From Antedon mediterranea (taxonomy: Eukaryota; Animalia; Echinodermata), in NCBI RefSeq assembly GCF_964355755.1, contig NC_092671.1, positions 33,676,304-33,740,303 of the forward strand: a stretch of DNA of 64,000 nucleotides, written 5' to 3'. Positions within the stretch are counted from its first letter, which is position 1; every line of letters begins with the position of its first letter. Both the position numbers and the translations under genes were made by a program. Below, piece after piece: positions 26,977-40,452 of the stretch. The notes beneath the pieces are model-generated. The model saw only the letters and a program-made list of their open reading frames with translations. It was not told the origin of the DNA and ran no database searches.

Positions 26977-27416
26977 GATGGTTAATCGAACGTCAGTTTA
27001 TTACGAATGGTTCATGTATCGAATTTATACACTATTTTATATCTAAACTGATGCAATAATAATAATAATAATAATATATATATGCATATTCCTAATAGAA
27101 TAAACAGACGGCTGACATTAAAAAAATGTAAACAAAACTATAAAAATCTATTTATCTAGAGTATTTTACGATGTTCATTATTGTTGTTATTCGAATACCA
27201 TTAAGTAAAACAATGTTTATACTTTTAAATATATTTAGTTTAAGTGTGCTTATTGTTTTTACATGGTGTATGAAATAATAATGAAACTAACTGACACTTG
27301 CTGTAAGAAAAATGTTCCAAGCCATTCTTTGGAGAAATTGAGGATTTGTATTAAAATTGAATAGCTATCATCATAATATTAATAAAGTTAATGAGAAAAT
27401 TAACCATTTTTGATCC

Positions 27417-27670
27417 AATACAAGATACAAGATACAAGATACAAGAAAACTTTAATCATCCCAACTTGGGAAATTGTGTTGCTGTCTAATAACAATGCCG
27501 TATTTAAAAGAGAAATGATATGCCTAATACATAAGTGTATAAAAGTGTATCGTAATAAATTCTTTCTTTGATACCTTTCATTATAGTCTCGTATGCTCCT
27601 TGGGAGGAAGGTGAGACGATGACGTTCAGTGGATCCCCGTTGCGGCCTCAGTCTACCCCTACGTTCCATG
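27417..27670 (-). mobile_element. 5'-truncated LINE 3' end (L2/Rex-like)
   Basis: GRLRPQRGSTERHRLTFLPRSIRDYN resembles an L2-type ORF2 C-terminus and is followed by a (TCTTGTA)n tail on the minus strand. Confidence 0.6.
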
Positions 27671-30600
27671 AGTAAATCGTATTTTTTTTTAGAAGAAAAT
27701 TGTAATCTACCTTCTTAATACCATTGGCCCTAGTATCATTCACCACCTTTTGTTCGGTCGATATGTTATACGCCTTTAAATGTTTAATAAAAGTTTTGCA
27801 AATACGCCTTTTAACGAAACGGAAGACATCTTCGATCGATGACAAACAATGTTGTTCAGGAAAGTGTAACCAACAGAAATAACATAGCGTCCTCAGGGGA
27901 TTTCAGGACACCATGTTAATATTGATATACTGTGTTTGACTTTTGAATTTAGACGATCACAGTTTGTTTTAAGTCATACATTGGTGTAGGCTAATACTTA
28001 AACAATATTTTACAGTAACATGTTTGTCTACAATACTGTCTTTTAAGGAATTTTTAAATAACTAAATTTTTCTTTTGGTCATGCTTTCAATTCAATTCAA
28101 CTCAAAATAACATTTATTTACTTTCTTTTAAAATCGAAAAGTCACAGCATTGTCTGTTATCGGTTGAAGACACAGCATTGTTTGTCATCGGTCGAAGACA
28201 CAGCATTGTTTGTCATCGGTTGAAGATGTCTTCCGTATGTTTATGGGAACATAGACATATAATCTCAACCAGATGTTTCTATATTCAATCATCTGTTCAA
28301 TTTTGTTTTGCATTTAGTATTACAATAGTATCATTGTTATTCTCATATTATACTTTTAGTTCTTTTTACAGGGTATGCCGTGCAATACAGGTATATAAAC
28401 AGAAACAACTAACCGTTTGTATTTCTGTTTTGCCATAATATATATGTACCTACGTTTTTGTCTGTCTTCATATCTTGTATTCATCTTTAACTAGACTGGA
28501 TTACATAGTGATAACCCATGACACATTATCTTAAACACCCATTACCAGATGTGAAATACTTATTGTGTTTCTATATAGATAATCTTTGAAGAATATTTGT
28601 GGTTTGTGAGGAAACGTAATTCCCGTATGGCAACGTTTCATTTTTTTAGAAGGAGGTTTTCACTTACACAACGTTTATTTTCTGTTTTAAAACTAACTTT
28701 TTATAATTGCACATCATTTTCCGTTGAAACACAGTTACCGTAACTTTGTTTCTTGTTTATTTAGAGCGAGTTGACAAATGACATCCGACAGTCCATCGGT
28801 TGTGATTCGTCAAATTTCTTAAGTTGTGTTACGTCGTTGTGTTGCGTCTCTAGTTAGAACCAAGCATTATGCAAAATAACTAACAATTTTGTACTAAAAA
28901 CAGTTACACGCTTTATTTTTTTGCAATTGTCAGTATTATTTGTATTCGAATATCAGCAATTAATAGAGTGTTTATAGTTTTAAATGTTTAGTTTAAGTGT
29001 TTAATTATGTTTATATTGTGTATAAAATGAGGATAATATACTTACTAAAATGTATACTGTGGTTATCTCTCAAAGTTTTTCCATGTGTGGATTATATTCG
29101 ATTATGTAAATATTTATACGGATAATTAACTGAATGTACTGTTTACTATACTTTTTTCTCGTCGATATATTTTCTGCTTTATTTTGTTTTACGTTTTTAT
29201 GCATTATGATTACCAATAGTAAATTAATCACAATCTATCAGATAGATGGCAATCTCCTGACACTGCTATTTTTGGACATTGAACATTTGACTCCACCGGT
29301 CTCTTGCAGAAACCACTATGTTCTTTCCTTCCTACCCCAGGGTAAAAGACGCTTTAATTCACATTTTAAAATATCTTTTGTAGCGGATTTATCTTTAGTC
29401 CAAATCTTCAAGTTATCGCTAACAATTTTAACCTTCTTACTCATCTAAGGCAATGGAAAAACCGGTGCAGAGTATATCTATAAAAAAACTTTTGCGATTT
29501 CAATACAAAATGATCTAAACACTTATCTTTAAAATATCAAACTCTTGTTCATAAAAAATATTAAATTTAGTCTTATTTATTTATTTATTTATTATGTATT
29601 TTGCAATTATTTAAGTCGTTTCCATTGAAAATCTATTAGAAAGTTGTATTTTTGTTCACTAAAAATAGATATTCGTCAAGGCGCTTTTGTAAACAAACCA
29701 CTAACCCAAATGACGTCATGTTTGGTACCTGTATCTGTTCCAAAATAATATTTCAATCTACAATAATTGTTAACAACCTCTTTATCTTTTTAAAATAAAA
29801 GTAGCCAGTTGAAATTGGTATGGTGTTAAGTTGCTAACATTTCTACCAAGAGTTTGTGAATCTCTGACTCTGATTGGCTATAAAGATAAAATACGCTCCT
29901 TGATTAGAAACAGAATATTTGAGAATGTAATCGTTATTTTCTTCTTTTTTTTAAAGAAAAAAGCTACAGTATAATTTTATGTACTGCATAGTGAACATAT
30001 TTTCAAGTTATTGAGTAAATGGCGAGTTTTTCAGCAGACACGTTGATCAGGCAGGCAATGCTAGGCCCAGCTAATCCGCGTCACTCTTTCATTGTTAATA
30101 AAAGATATAAAAAATCCTCATTTATTTCTTAAGTTAAAATATTTTATTATTTTTAGTGTCACATTATGCATGCATCATAATAAATGCAAATCATATAACA
30201 CAGTAATCAAATTCAATTTGTATGTATGGACAACGGTCTCTACCAGAGATTGATTTTGGAGTCGCAACGTGCTATTACTTGACTGGCCTTTGAAATAAAC
30301 AACCGAACATTAAACAGTTCATAATTTATGCCATAATATGGCATAAATTCATCATATTATGATCTTTTACCAGGTGTTTTATAACAAAGACTTATACAAA
30401 GGCAACATTGCTACATTCACACCATTTTACGGAACGTTAAACAATGGAAAATCATAATAACATTTGAACGTCTTTCATTCCCTGAAACGGAACAAGTGTG
30501 AATGTAGCTTTATAACTATGAATATGCCTCTAAAATGTTCTTTGATGCAATAATGGTCAGTATAAGAAATGGAATTGCGAGTACAGTATATGAAAATAAA

Positions 30601-30943
30601 GACAGATACGCTGTAGCTACAGAAGCATTTTAATTACCAAATAAAATAACACTCTTAATAAACATGAACACATGCACGATCAAAAAGTTACACCACTGTA
30701 AAACCGCTATATACCGAAACCAAAATACATAGGCCTAAACCATTGTTTTCTTTAGAATTTAAATGAACAAAGTTGAATAGGAATTTAAAAGAACTAGTGT
30801 ACTCTACTACAACCAGAGGAGACCAACATTAATGTAGTTCAGCCAGGGTTGTGTATAACTACAAAGAACAAGTATAGAGACACAATTAGTAATAGAGATT
30901 TGGTTAAAACAGATCTGCAGATGATTCAGTGTAAGTCAACTCT

Positions 30944-33337
30944 TTAGTTACCATCTAAAAATACAAGTGAAACATTACTAATTAATTAGATTAAAATGTA
31001 TATACAATAATGATATAGTAGTTAAAATTATTCACACAGTACAGTTTATGGAAATTGTGAAAATTGTATTATTGTTGACAATTTGTATCCATTCTTGAAT
31101 AATCTCTTCATGTTACGATATAGTAGACACAAAATACTACGTCATGTTTATTTATTGTGATATTGGGACGTGTTTCCTCGCCTCTCACTTCGACACAGAT
31201 ATTTAAGTTGATACACCGATTGTTTGTGATTGGTCAATAATTTACTCGTGGTGACCTAGCGTTTCGTCCTAGTGGGAACGAAGCTTTAGTAAATTAATGA
31301 TTGAGTGATGAATAATTGTTTATGTAAAAGTATTCTATTTTATTTATACTGTATTTTCTTTTATCATTAACACCAAAATATTTACTTCGATGCTAACTTT
31401 TAATTAGTTTTAAGTGTAATTTTTATATCAATGGTACTTAATTTAGTCTATATTATTATTATTAATTTAGTGTGTTTTTTTTTTTTTTATATATATATTC
31501 AAAAACTTGCCGCTTTCAAAGTTTGTGTTCATTAGGGCACCAGGAATGCCTGATACAACAAGTAGAAAAGAGAAAAGTCCACGTGCTTAACATAGCAAAT
31601 GTTGCGAACAAATGATTATTGTAAAAATCTAATAATTCATAACATTTTGAAATACTAATAGGGATCGAGCAATACCAAAATGAATTTAGGAAAATCACTT
31701 TTTCATTTTATGTCTCAGTTCACCTACCTATAATTTCAAATTTTCCTTGAAGCAGGATAAAGGGAAAATCATTAGTGTAACATTTATAGTACAACAAGAT
31801 AAGATTCTTAACCCTAATATAATTTGCATGTGGTAAAAACGACATCTGAATTAATTGTATGTACACCGGTGCACCGCGGTGCTGGTGCTGTACGGCGTGG
31901 AAGGCGTACAGCACCAGCAGATATTTGATTGACCAATCATAATCGTCAGTTTTGACGATCCATCACGTCGTACTTGGTAAAAATGCAAAAGATCAGCTAC
32001 CGCTTGACGCACCAAAGTAGGTGAAACTCAAAAAAGAAATTCCAACCAATCATGACGCGATGAAATATTCAAGTTGCTTGTGATTTGTAAACTCACTTAA
32101 TAGGATAATTTTACCACATCCTTTCGTAGGTTTGCAATATTCTGTTCCAACTGCATTTAAAAAAAATTATTTATGCCTACGCACCATCATCCCGAAGGAT
32201 TCCGCGAGTGAGAGCTATTTAGAGGGTTAGGTCGTTCAGTTACATATAGGCATATTACCATTCTTAATCTTTAATCATTCACTTGTTGTTATATTTCATT
32301 CCAACTTTCTGTCAAGATGCAAAATAATGGTCTATAATTTATTTATTTATTTTTTAAATTTTATTAATTTCGGCAAACACATAATACAGACATAACAATA
32401 CAAAAAATAGCTAGATTGCGCCAAGGAGCGGCAAAAGATGCCAATTACCATTATTATTATTATTATCGTTATTATTATCATTTTTGTTATTTTTTATTGT
32501 TGTTGTTATTGTTGTTATTGTTCAGGTCAATGTTTTTTTATTCAATTCTACTAAATGTATGCTAAAATAAATTATGAAATAATTTTTTTTTCAGTTTTTA
32601 TTTTTGAGTGTCTCTATTTCTTCCACCTACCTATTCCGTAGCCTTCTCCTATTCTTCCAACTCCGATACCACCTATTGGAAATATTTCTGTAAAGGTAAA
32701 TTGAAAAATCATTACTGTATACAGTAATTGAAAAATTTGACAAAATATATTGTCTTTATGTAGTTTCACATTTTTAACATATGTCGATAATTATTTATAC
32801 TACTTAGGAGTTTGGTTTGCTATTGTATTACATTTTAACACTGTTCTTTTTGACTGATTTATTGCAATGTTTTTTTCCTACTCACCTCCATCCCGGCGAA
32901 TTCTGCTACCATGCTCTGAAATGTAATAAAATAAGAACACACACGATCATGTATGCTTCACTGTTATTTTTTAAACATTCTGTTATTATGTTAAATAATG
33001 GCGTATACTTATTTTGTTCCTTTAATATGTTATCCACTTTTACATAGTTACTGAAGTGAGGTTTTCTATTTTCTTTTATAATATGCTCTAATTAAATTAT
33101 TTGGTCTTTATGAATTATGTTGCTGATAAAAAATAACGTTGTATTAAGATGATCGTCATCACTGGTATGACCTGAAATGCAGTACATTATGGAAGTTAAA
33201 GGCAGCCATGTTGTGCAACATGACGATGATTCTGGGGAAGGAGGTTATGCGAGATTGGTTTTTAAGGTTAGGTTTTAGTTACCTAAATCTAATGCCAGAA
33301 AGTTAGGCTTATGGCCAGGTATAATTTATATTTTCAG

Positions 33338-33385
<48 letters not shown>

Positions 33386-36300
33386 CATACTGTAAATTAT
33401 AGAAACAGTGCTCATATTCGGAACATGATCTCATAATCGCGTCGAGCATAACTCATTGGCGAAAGTTCCGTATTTTTTAGTTGTATGAAAAAATGTCTCT
33501 GGCTGGATTCGAACCTGCAACCTCTCGCTTACAGGGCGAGTATCATACCACTAGACCACAGAGCCATGTATGGTATTATCACAGATTTTCACCCACCAGA
33601 TACATTCTCTCATACAACAAACGCCCTCACAATCAGTGGAGGCTTAACAAGTCAGAATAAATTCCAACTTTAATTCGCAACGGTTTTTTAAATAATATTG
33701 TGTATATGTAAATCAATGATGTTGCGTAGCACTGTGTAAATTATATATAAATCATACTGTAAATTATAGAAACAGTGCTCATATTCGGAACATGATCTCA
33801 TAATCGCGTCGAGCATAACTCATTGGCGAAAGTTCCGTATTTTTTAGTTGTATGAAAAAATGTCTCTGGCTGGATTCGAACCTGCAACCTCTCGCTTACA
33901 GGGCGAGTATCATACCACTAGACCACAGAGCCATGTATGGTATTATCACAGATTTTCACCCACCAGATACATTCTCTCATACAACAAACGCCCTCACAAT
34001 CAGTGGAGGCTGAGATCATGTTCCGAATATGAGCACTGTTTCTATAATTTACAGTATGATTTATATATAATTTACACAGTGCTACGCAACATCATTGATT
34101 TACATATACACAATATTATTTAAAAAACCGTTGCGAATTAAAGTTGGAATTTATTCTGACTTGTTAAGCCTCCACTGATTGTGAGGGCGTTTGTTGTATG
34201 AGAGAATGTATCTGGTGGGTGAAAATCTGTGATAATACCATACATGGCTCTGTGGTCTAGTGGTATGATACTCGCCCTGTAAGCGAGAGGTTGCAGGTTC
34301 GAATCCAGCCAGAGACATTTTTTCATACAACTAAAAAATACGGAACTTTCGCCAATGAGTTATGCTCGACGCGATTATGAGATCATGTTCCGAATATGAG
34401 CACTGTTTTTATAATTTACAGTATGATTTATATATAATTTACACAGTGCTACGCAACATCATTGATTTACATATACACAATATTATTTAAAAAACCGTTG
34501 CGAATTAAAGTTGGAATTTATTCTGACTTGTTAAGCCTCCACTGATTGTGAGGGCGTTTGTTGTATGAGAGAATGTATCTGGTGGGTGAAAATCTGTGAT
34601 AATACCATACATGGCTCTGTGGTCTAGTGGTATGATACTCGCCCTGTAAGCGAGAGGTTGCAGGTTCGAATCCAGCCAGAGACATTTTTTCATACAACTA
34701 AAAAATACGGAACTTTCGCCAATGAGTTATGCTCGACGCGATTATGAGATCATGTTCCGAATATGAGCACTGTTTCTATAATTTACAGTATGATTTATAT
34801 ATAATTTACACAGTGCTACGCAACATCATTGATTTACATATACACAATATTATTTAAAAAACCGTTGCGAATTAAAGTTGGAATTTATTCTGACTTGTTA
34901 AGCCTTCACTGATTGTGAGGGCGTTTGTTGTATGAGAGAATGTATCTGGTGGGTGAAAATCTGTGATAATACCATACATGGCTCTGTGGTCTAGTGGTAT
35001 GATACTCGCCCTGTAAGCGAGAGGTTGCAGGTTCGAATCCAGCCAGAGACATTTTTTCATACAACTAAAAAATACGGAACTTTCGCCAATGAGTTATGCT
35101 CGACGCGATTATGAGATCATGTTCTGAATATGAGCACTGTTTCTATAATTTACAGTATGATTTATATATAATTTACACAGTGCTACGCAACATCATTGAT
35201 TTACATATACACAATATTATTTAAAAAACCGTTGCGAATTAAAGTTGGAATTTATTCTGACTTGTTAAGCCTCCACTGATTGTGAGGGCGTTTGTTGTAT
35301 GAGAGAATGTATCTGGTGGGTGAAAATCTGTGATAATACCATACATGGCTCTGTGGTCTAGTGGTATGATACTCGCCCTGTAAGCGAGAGGTTGCAGGTT
35401 CGAATCCAGCCAGAGACATTTTTTCATACAACTAAAAAATACGGAACTTTCGCCAATGAGTTATGCTCGACGCGATTATGAGATCATGTTCCGAATATGA
35501 GCACTGTTTCTATAATTTACAGTATGATTTATATATAATTTACACAGTGCTACGCAACATCATTGATTTACATATACACAATATATATATATATATATAC
35601 TGAAAATGATGGTGGAGGAGGAGGAAGTTATCTATTGCATTTAATATTATTATAACACATTACAAAATGACTCTAACTTTTATACTTTAATCAATTTAAC
35701 TTACCGTTAGCGTTATTTACAACAGGAATATGGACACATTAATTATAGATTATTAGTTCCAAGTCATTAAAAAACATAATATGGATCGAACAAATACTGA
35801 AATGTATTCACTTTTTCAGTTTGTATTTTTCTTTCTTCAACCTACCAATTCGGTTAACTCCCTTTTGACCTCCTCTTCCTTGGAATATCTCTGTAAAGAA
35901 TTGAAAAAGACGTTGCCTAAATTGAAACATTTGACAATATACATTGACTTTATTGTGTTTTCCTATGTATTTGTCACATTTCTACATAGCTATGTTGATA
36001 ATTCGTTATACTATTTAGGAGTAGGTTTGCAAATTTATTACATTTTAACGCTGTTCTTTTTGACTGTTTTATTGCAATGTTTTATTCCTACTCACCTCCA
36101 TCCCGACGAATTCTGCTACCATGTTCTTCTGAAATGCAATAAAACAAGAATACACACGATCAAGTATGCTTCACTATCATTTTTTAAACATTCTGTTATG
36201 GTGCCAAATAATGGCCTATAATTAGTTTGTTCCTTCATTATGTTATCCACTTGTACATAGTTACTGAAGTGAGGTTTTCTATTTTCTTTTATAATATGCT

Positions 36301-38806
36301 ATAATTAAATTGATTGGTCTTTATGTAGTCTGTTGCTGAAGAAAAATAACGTTGTATCAAGATGATCGTCATCACTGGTATGACCTAAAATGCAGTAGGC
36401 CTACATTATGGAAGTTAAAGGCAGCCATGATGTGCAACATGGCGATGGTTCTGGAAAAGGAGGTTATGTGAGATGGGTTTTTAGGTTAGGAGTTTAGTTA
36501 CTAAAGCTAAGGCCGTAAAGATAGGCTTATGGCCAATAGATACGGTATAGTATACGTTTTTATGCAGATTATTATGGAGGAGGAAGTTAGTTGGTGCATT
36601 TAATTATTATGATAACGCATTGCAACATAACGCTAACTTTTATACGTTATTTGATAACATACCGTTAGCGTTATTTACAATAGGATTATTAACACATTAA
36701 TTATAGATTATTAGTTCCAAGTCATTAAAAAAAATATATAATGGATCGAAGAAATACTGAAATGAATTCATTTTTTTCAGTTTGTATTTTTCTTTCTTCA
36801 ACCTACCAATTCGGTTAACTCCCTTTTGACCTCCTCTTCCTTGGAATATCTCTGTAAAGAATTGAAAAAAAACCTGTATTTAATTGAAACATTTGACAAT
36901 ATACATTGACTTTATAGTATTTTCCTATGTATTTGTCACATTTCTACATAGCTATGTCGATAATTGTTTATACTATTTAGGAGTAGGTTTGCAAATTTAT
37001 TACATTTTAACGCTGCTCTTTTTGACTGTTTTATTGCAATGTTTTATTCCTACTCACCTCCATCCCGACGAATTCTGCTACCATGTTCTTCTGAAATGCA
37101 ATAAAACAAGAATACACACGATCATGTATGCTTCACTATCATTTTTTAAACATTCTGTTATGGTGCCAAATAATGGCCTATAATTAGTTTGTTCCTTTAT
37201 TATGTTATCCACTTGTACATAGTTACTGAAGTGAGGTTTTCTATTTTCTTTTATAATATGCTATAATTAAATTGATTGGTCTTTATGTAGTCTGTTGCTG
37301 AAGAAAAATAACGTTGTATCAAGATGATCGTCATCACTGGTATGACCTAAAATGCAGTAGGCCTACATTATGGAAGTTAAAGGCAGCCATGATGTGCAAC
37401 ATGGCGATGGTTCTGGAAAAGGAGGTTTTGTGAGATGGGTTTTTAGGTTAATAGGAGTTTAGTTACTAAAGCTAAGGCCGTAAAGATAGGCTTATGGCCA
37501 ATAGATACGGTATAGTATACGTTTTTATGCAGATTATTATGGAAGAGGAAGTTAGTTGGTGTATTTAATTATTATGATAAGGCATTGCAACATAACTCTC
37601 TCTTTTATACGTTATTTGATAACATACCGTTAGCGTTATTTACAATAGGAATATTAACACATTAATTGTAGATTATCCCCCCAAAAAAATAATTATAGAT
37701 CATTAGTTCAAAGTCATTTTAAAATATTAATATGGATCGAGCAATACTGAAATGAATTCACTTTTTCAGTTTATGTTTGATTGTTTCTCTTTCTTCTACC
37801 TACCAATTCCGAAACCTCCTCCACCTCTTTCTGGAATTATCTCTGTAAAGATAAATTTAAAAACCGTTACTGTAATTGACAACATTTGACAAAATGTATT
37901 GGTTTTATTTGTTTTTGCTGTATTTGTCGACAAGTCTACATAGTTTGTCGATAATTATTTAAACTACTTTTTGCAGTAGGTTTGCAATTTTATTACATTT
38001 TAACAATGTTATTTTTTTGCTGTCTTTATTGCAATGTTTTATCTCTAGCCACCTTCATGCCAACGGATTTTGCTACCATGGTGTGAAATGTAATAAAGGA
38101 ATACGTTGTCATGTAGGATGGCTTAAAATAACTAAAGAATACCACTTACTTTCTATATTTTTACCGAAGACAGACTCAGCATAGAAACACAAAACTACCG
38201 GTACTAAAAATATAACCACCAACAATTGGAAGCTTCTGTAAAATAAAGAAAAAAGACTACTTGGTAATTGGGTGGAATGGTAGCGGTTTGGAAGAGGTTT
38301 TGACATAGATATTCTATACACAGGAAGGTAACTATTTACTAATTGTAATTGTTTTCATTGTAATTTTTTTATTTATTTATTTTTTCCAATTTTTAATTGT
38401 TACATAGGACATCACATTTTAAAGCTTTGCTTATGGTGATGCCCGATTCAATCAATCGATATATAACTTTTGCTTAAAACCATGTTCAACTGTAGGCCGT
38501 TGCCAATATACAGTAATCTCCTTAAACACTGCTACTTTTAATACTTACAATATTATATGTTTTCATCTTTTCCATTGATTGTAAACCTCTAATTAAACTT
38601 TCCTGTATTTTATTATTCAACTTCTGTTTCCAATAATATTCAATATAAACAATTAATTTTTATTTTTATCATTACTGTAAATAATCATTGTATATATTTT
38701 GTAATTAATATTTATATTGGTCTTGTTTTTTTGTAAAAATCTACTGTAATATTATATCTTATTGTGGTTACCATTATAAGAAATGTACGATTGATTGAAT
38801 AAAGTT

Positions 38807-38859
<53 letters not shown>

Positions 38860-39598
38860 ACCAATCGGCTAACTAAACAACACCAGATTTGGTGCCGATT
38901 ACTTTCCTTACTCCCTGAATGTATAAAGTTGCATTAATTATCTAAACATACAGTAGTAGTTATTTTGTGCTTGAGAAACCAAGCTTAAAGCTCTCTTGAG
39001 CTTATTTTGAGTTTTCCCATCTTTGTATATTTTAAGGCGCGATTTACCGAATTTAGCCCTTACGTAAATTTATATATAGATACTTATCAAGTGTGATGCA
39101 TTGTGAATGAATTAACAATATGTCTAAATGCGCATGCGATTGCCTACATAAGCAAATTGAACAAAATGTTAATTCAATTTTGCAATTAACACCAAACAAG
39201 CTATTGAATATATGAAAAAGTTTATATAAAAAAATAATGTAATTATAAATTCAATGGCAAATTGATGATGTTGGTATTAGTGGCTGGATCTCAATGGAGA
39301 TACAAACTAAGATAAGCGAAAAGCGAAATCAAAACGTAAAAAAGTTAAAAAGTAAAACTAGAGTACAATTAGCAGATAAAATAATAGATTTTATGTATAT
39401 AATAATTATAATAAATATTTATTTAAAAAAGTAATATAATTATTTATATAGTACCCGCCTTTATAACAGTAGTCCATTACAAATAGAAGATTTATATTAG
39501 AAACCTCTAGGTCGGCAATCCATTCAAAGTCAATAGTTTACCTACAAATACTTAAAGCAGATTACGTAATCGAAAATTACTTACAGTTTACTTGACAT
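30944..39598 (-). CDS. Gene C: micro-exon gene for a secreted Gly-rich multi-peptide precursor, ~149 aa. Exons 39598-39585, 38235-38150, 37842-37804, 37090-37058, 36851-36807, 36128-36096, 35890-35846, 32915-32886, 32687-32631, then tentatively 31745-31728, 31549-31511 (GC donor), 30954-30944
   Basis: Translation: MSSKLSFQLLVVIFLVPVVLCFYAESVFGKNIEKIIPERGGGGFGIEEHGSRIRR-DGEIFQGRGGQKGVNRIEEHGSRIRR-DGEIFQGRGGQKGVNRIEHGSRIRR-DGEIFPIGGIGVGRIGEGYGI(GKFEIIGIPGALMNTNFESDGN*). The first coding exon ATGTCAAGTAAACT|gtaagt differs by one base from A2 ATGTCAACTAAACT|gtaagt. The last three exons are less certain (aag acceptor, gcaagt donor). Confidence 0.75.
33343..35599. repeat. Inverted tandem array of 367-bp units, each carrying a tRNA-like sequence, bounded by (TA)n
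   Basis: About two units on - followed by about four on +, switching at ~34010. Units are nearly identical. Confidence 0.93.
34246..34317 (+). tRNA. tRNA-like gene/pseudogene or SINE head with a tRNA-Pro-like body and TGT at the anticodon position. Identical copies at + 34613-34684, 34980-35051, 35347-35418 and - 33494-33565, 33861-33932
   Basis: GGCTCTG TG GTCTAGTGGTATGAT A CTCGC CCTGTAA GCGAG AGGTT GCAGG TTCGAAT CCAGC CAGAGAC A followed by T6. A and B boxes are present. One mismatch each in the acceptor and T stems, and C instead of U33. Confidence 0.6.
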
Positions 39599-40339
39599 GA
39601 CTGTACAAGAATACTGCTTACATGTAGTGAATCAGATTCAAATAAAAACAATATTCACGTCCACATCGATGATGGAATTGATATTTTATGAAAAAAGTGA
39701 CATTTGCCATTTCAAAAAGTGCTTTTGATTTCATAAAACGTTTTAAAATAATTTATAAAAAGATGAGATAACTTACGTCTGTGGACATATTACCATTTAT
39801 TTCCATAAATCTACTTTGTGATTTTTAATCCTCATTGTTAAGCTATTCATATAATAAAACACACCTGTTAGTAACGTTGTTTTTTATGGAGAATATATAA
39901 TAGAATTTATACAGTAATATATTGACTTGACTTTCTCTAAGCATATTAATGGTTACGATGTTAGTTTTCTTTTTCGTGTATTGACAGTGAGCACTTGTTT
40001 ACGTAATGACATTTAAACCAACGATAATGTAGAATTGTAACTATTTCTTTAAAAGAAATGTATGATTCATAATTATTTAATAAATTAATAATAATCCCAT
40101 TTATATGTTGCATTAACAAAAATATTTATTGTATTTTAAATAGTTGTGGAAGAGATATACATCGGCGTTGTAGCTTCAACAAAAATATTCAAAGTTTTAC
40201 AGAAGATGGGCCTTACTTTACTAAAAACACATTTGATTTGCAAATTATTTACTTTTACTGTTTTTTTTTGCATTATATTTTAATTAATAATTAATCAAAA
40301 TTACACATTTTTGGTTTTATAATATTATTAGTTACACCC

Positions 40340-40452
40340 GGCTTGTTCATGGAATACGGGAAATATCTACGTTCTGGCTCAATATTCCAATAAGCCGAAT
40401 GGATTATGGAACCAGGACGTAGATATTTCCCGTATTTCGTAAGAACAAGCAT
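40340..40452. repeat. Long imperfect hairpin, probably the end of a non-autonomous DNA element
   Basis: AATACGGGAAATATCTACGTTCTGG ... CCAGGACGTAGATATTTCCCGTATT. Confidence 0.6.

Larger units (their letters stand above)
32590..38110. repeat. Intragenic tandem duplication units of gene C (~960 bp), each with one cleavage-site exon and one peptide exon
   Basis: ~35600-36560 and ~36560-37525 are nearly identical. ~32590-33330 and ~37525-38110 are more diverged. Confidence 0.88.

Noticed and set aside
30913-30930. Possible + strand 18-nt micro-exon (acag|ATCTGCAGATGATTCAGT|gtaagt)
   Set aside because: No polypyrimidine tract and no partner exons. It lies in the presumed 3' UTR of gene C on the opposite strand.
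33485-35427. Repeated 62-aa ORF MKKCLWLDSNLQPLAY..
   Set aside because: Antisense translation of the tRNA-like unit.
35781-37183. Hydrophobic + strand ORFs of 146 and 99 aa, repeated
   Set aside because: Antisense read-through of T-rich introns and exons of gene C, repeated only because the unit is duplicated.
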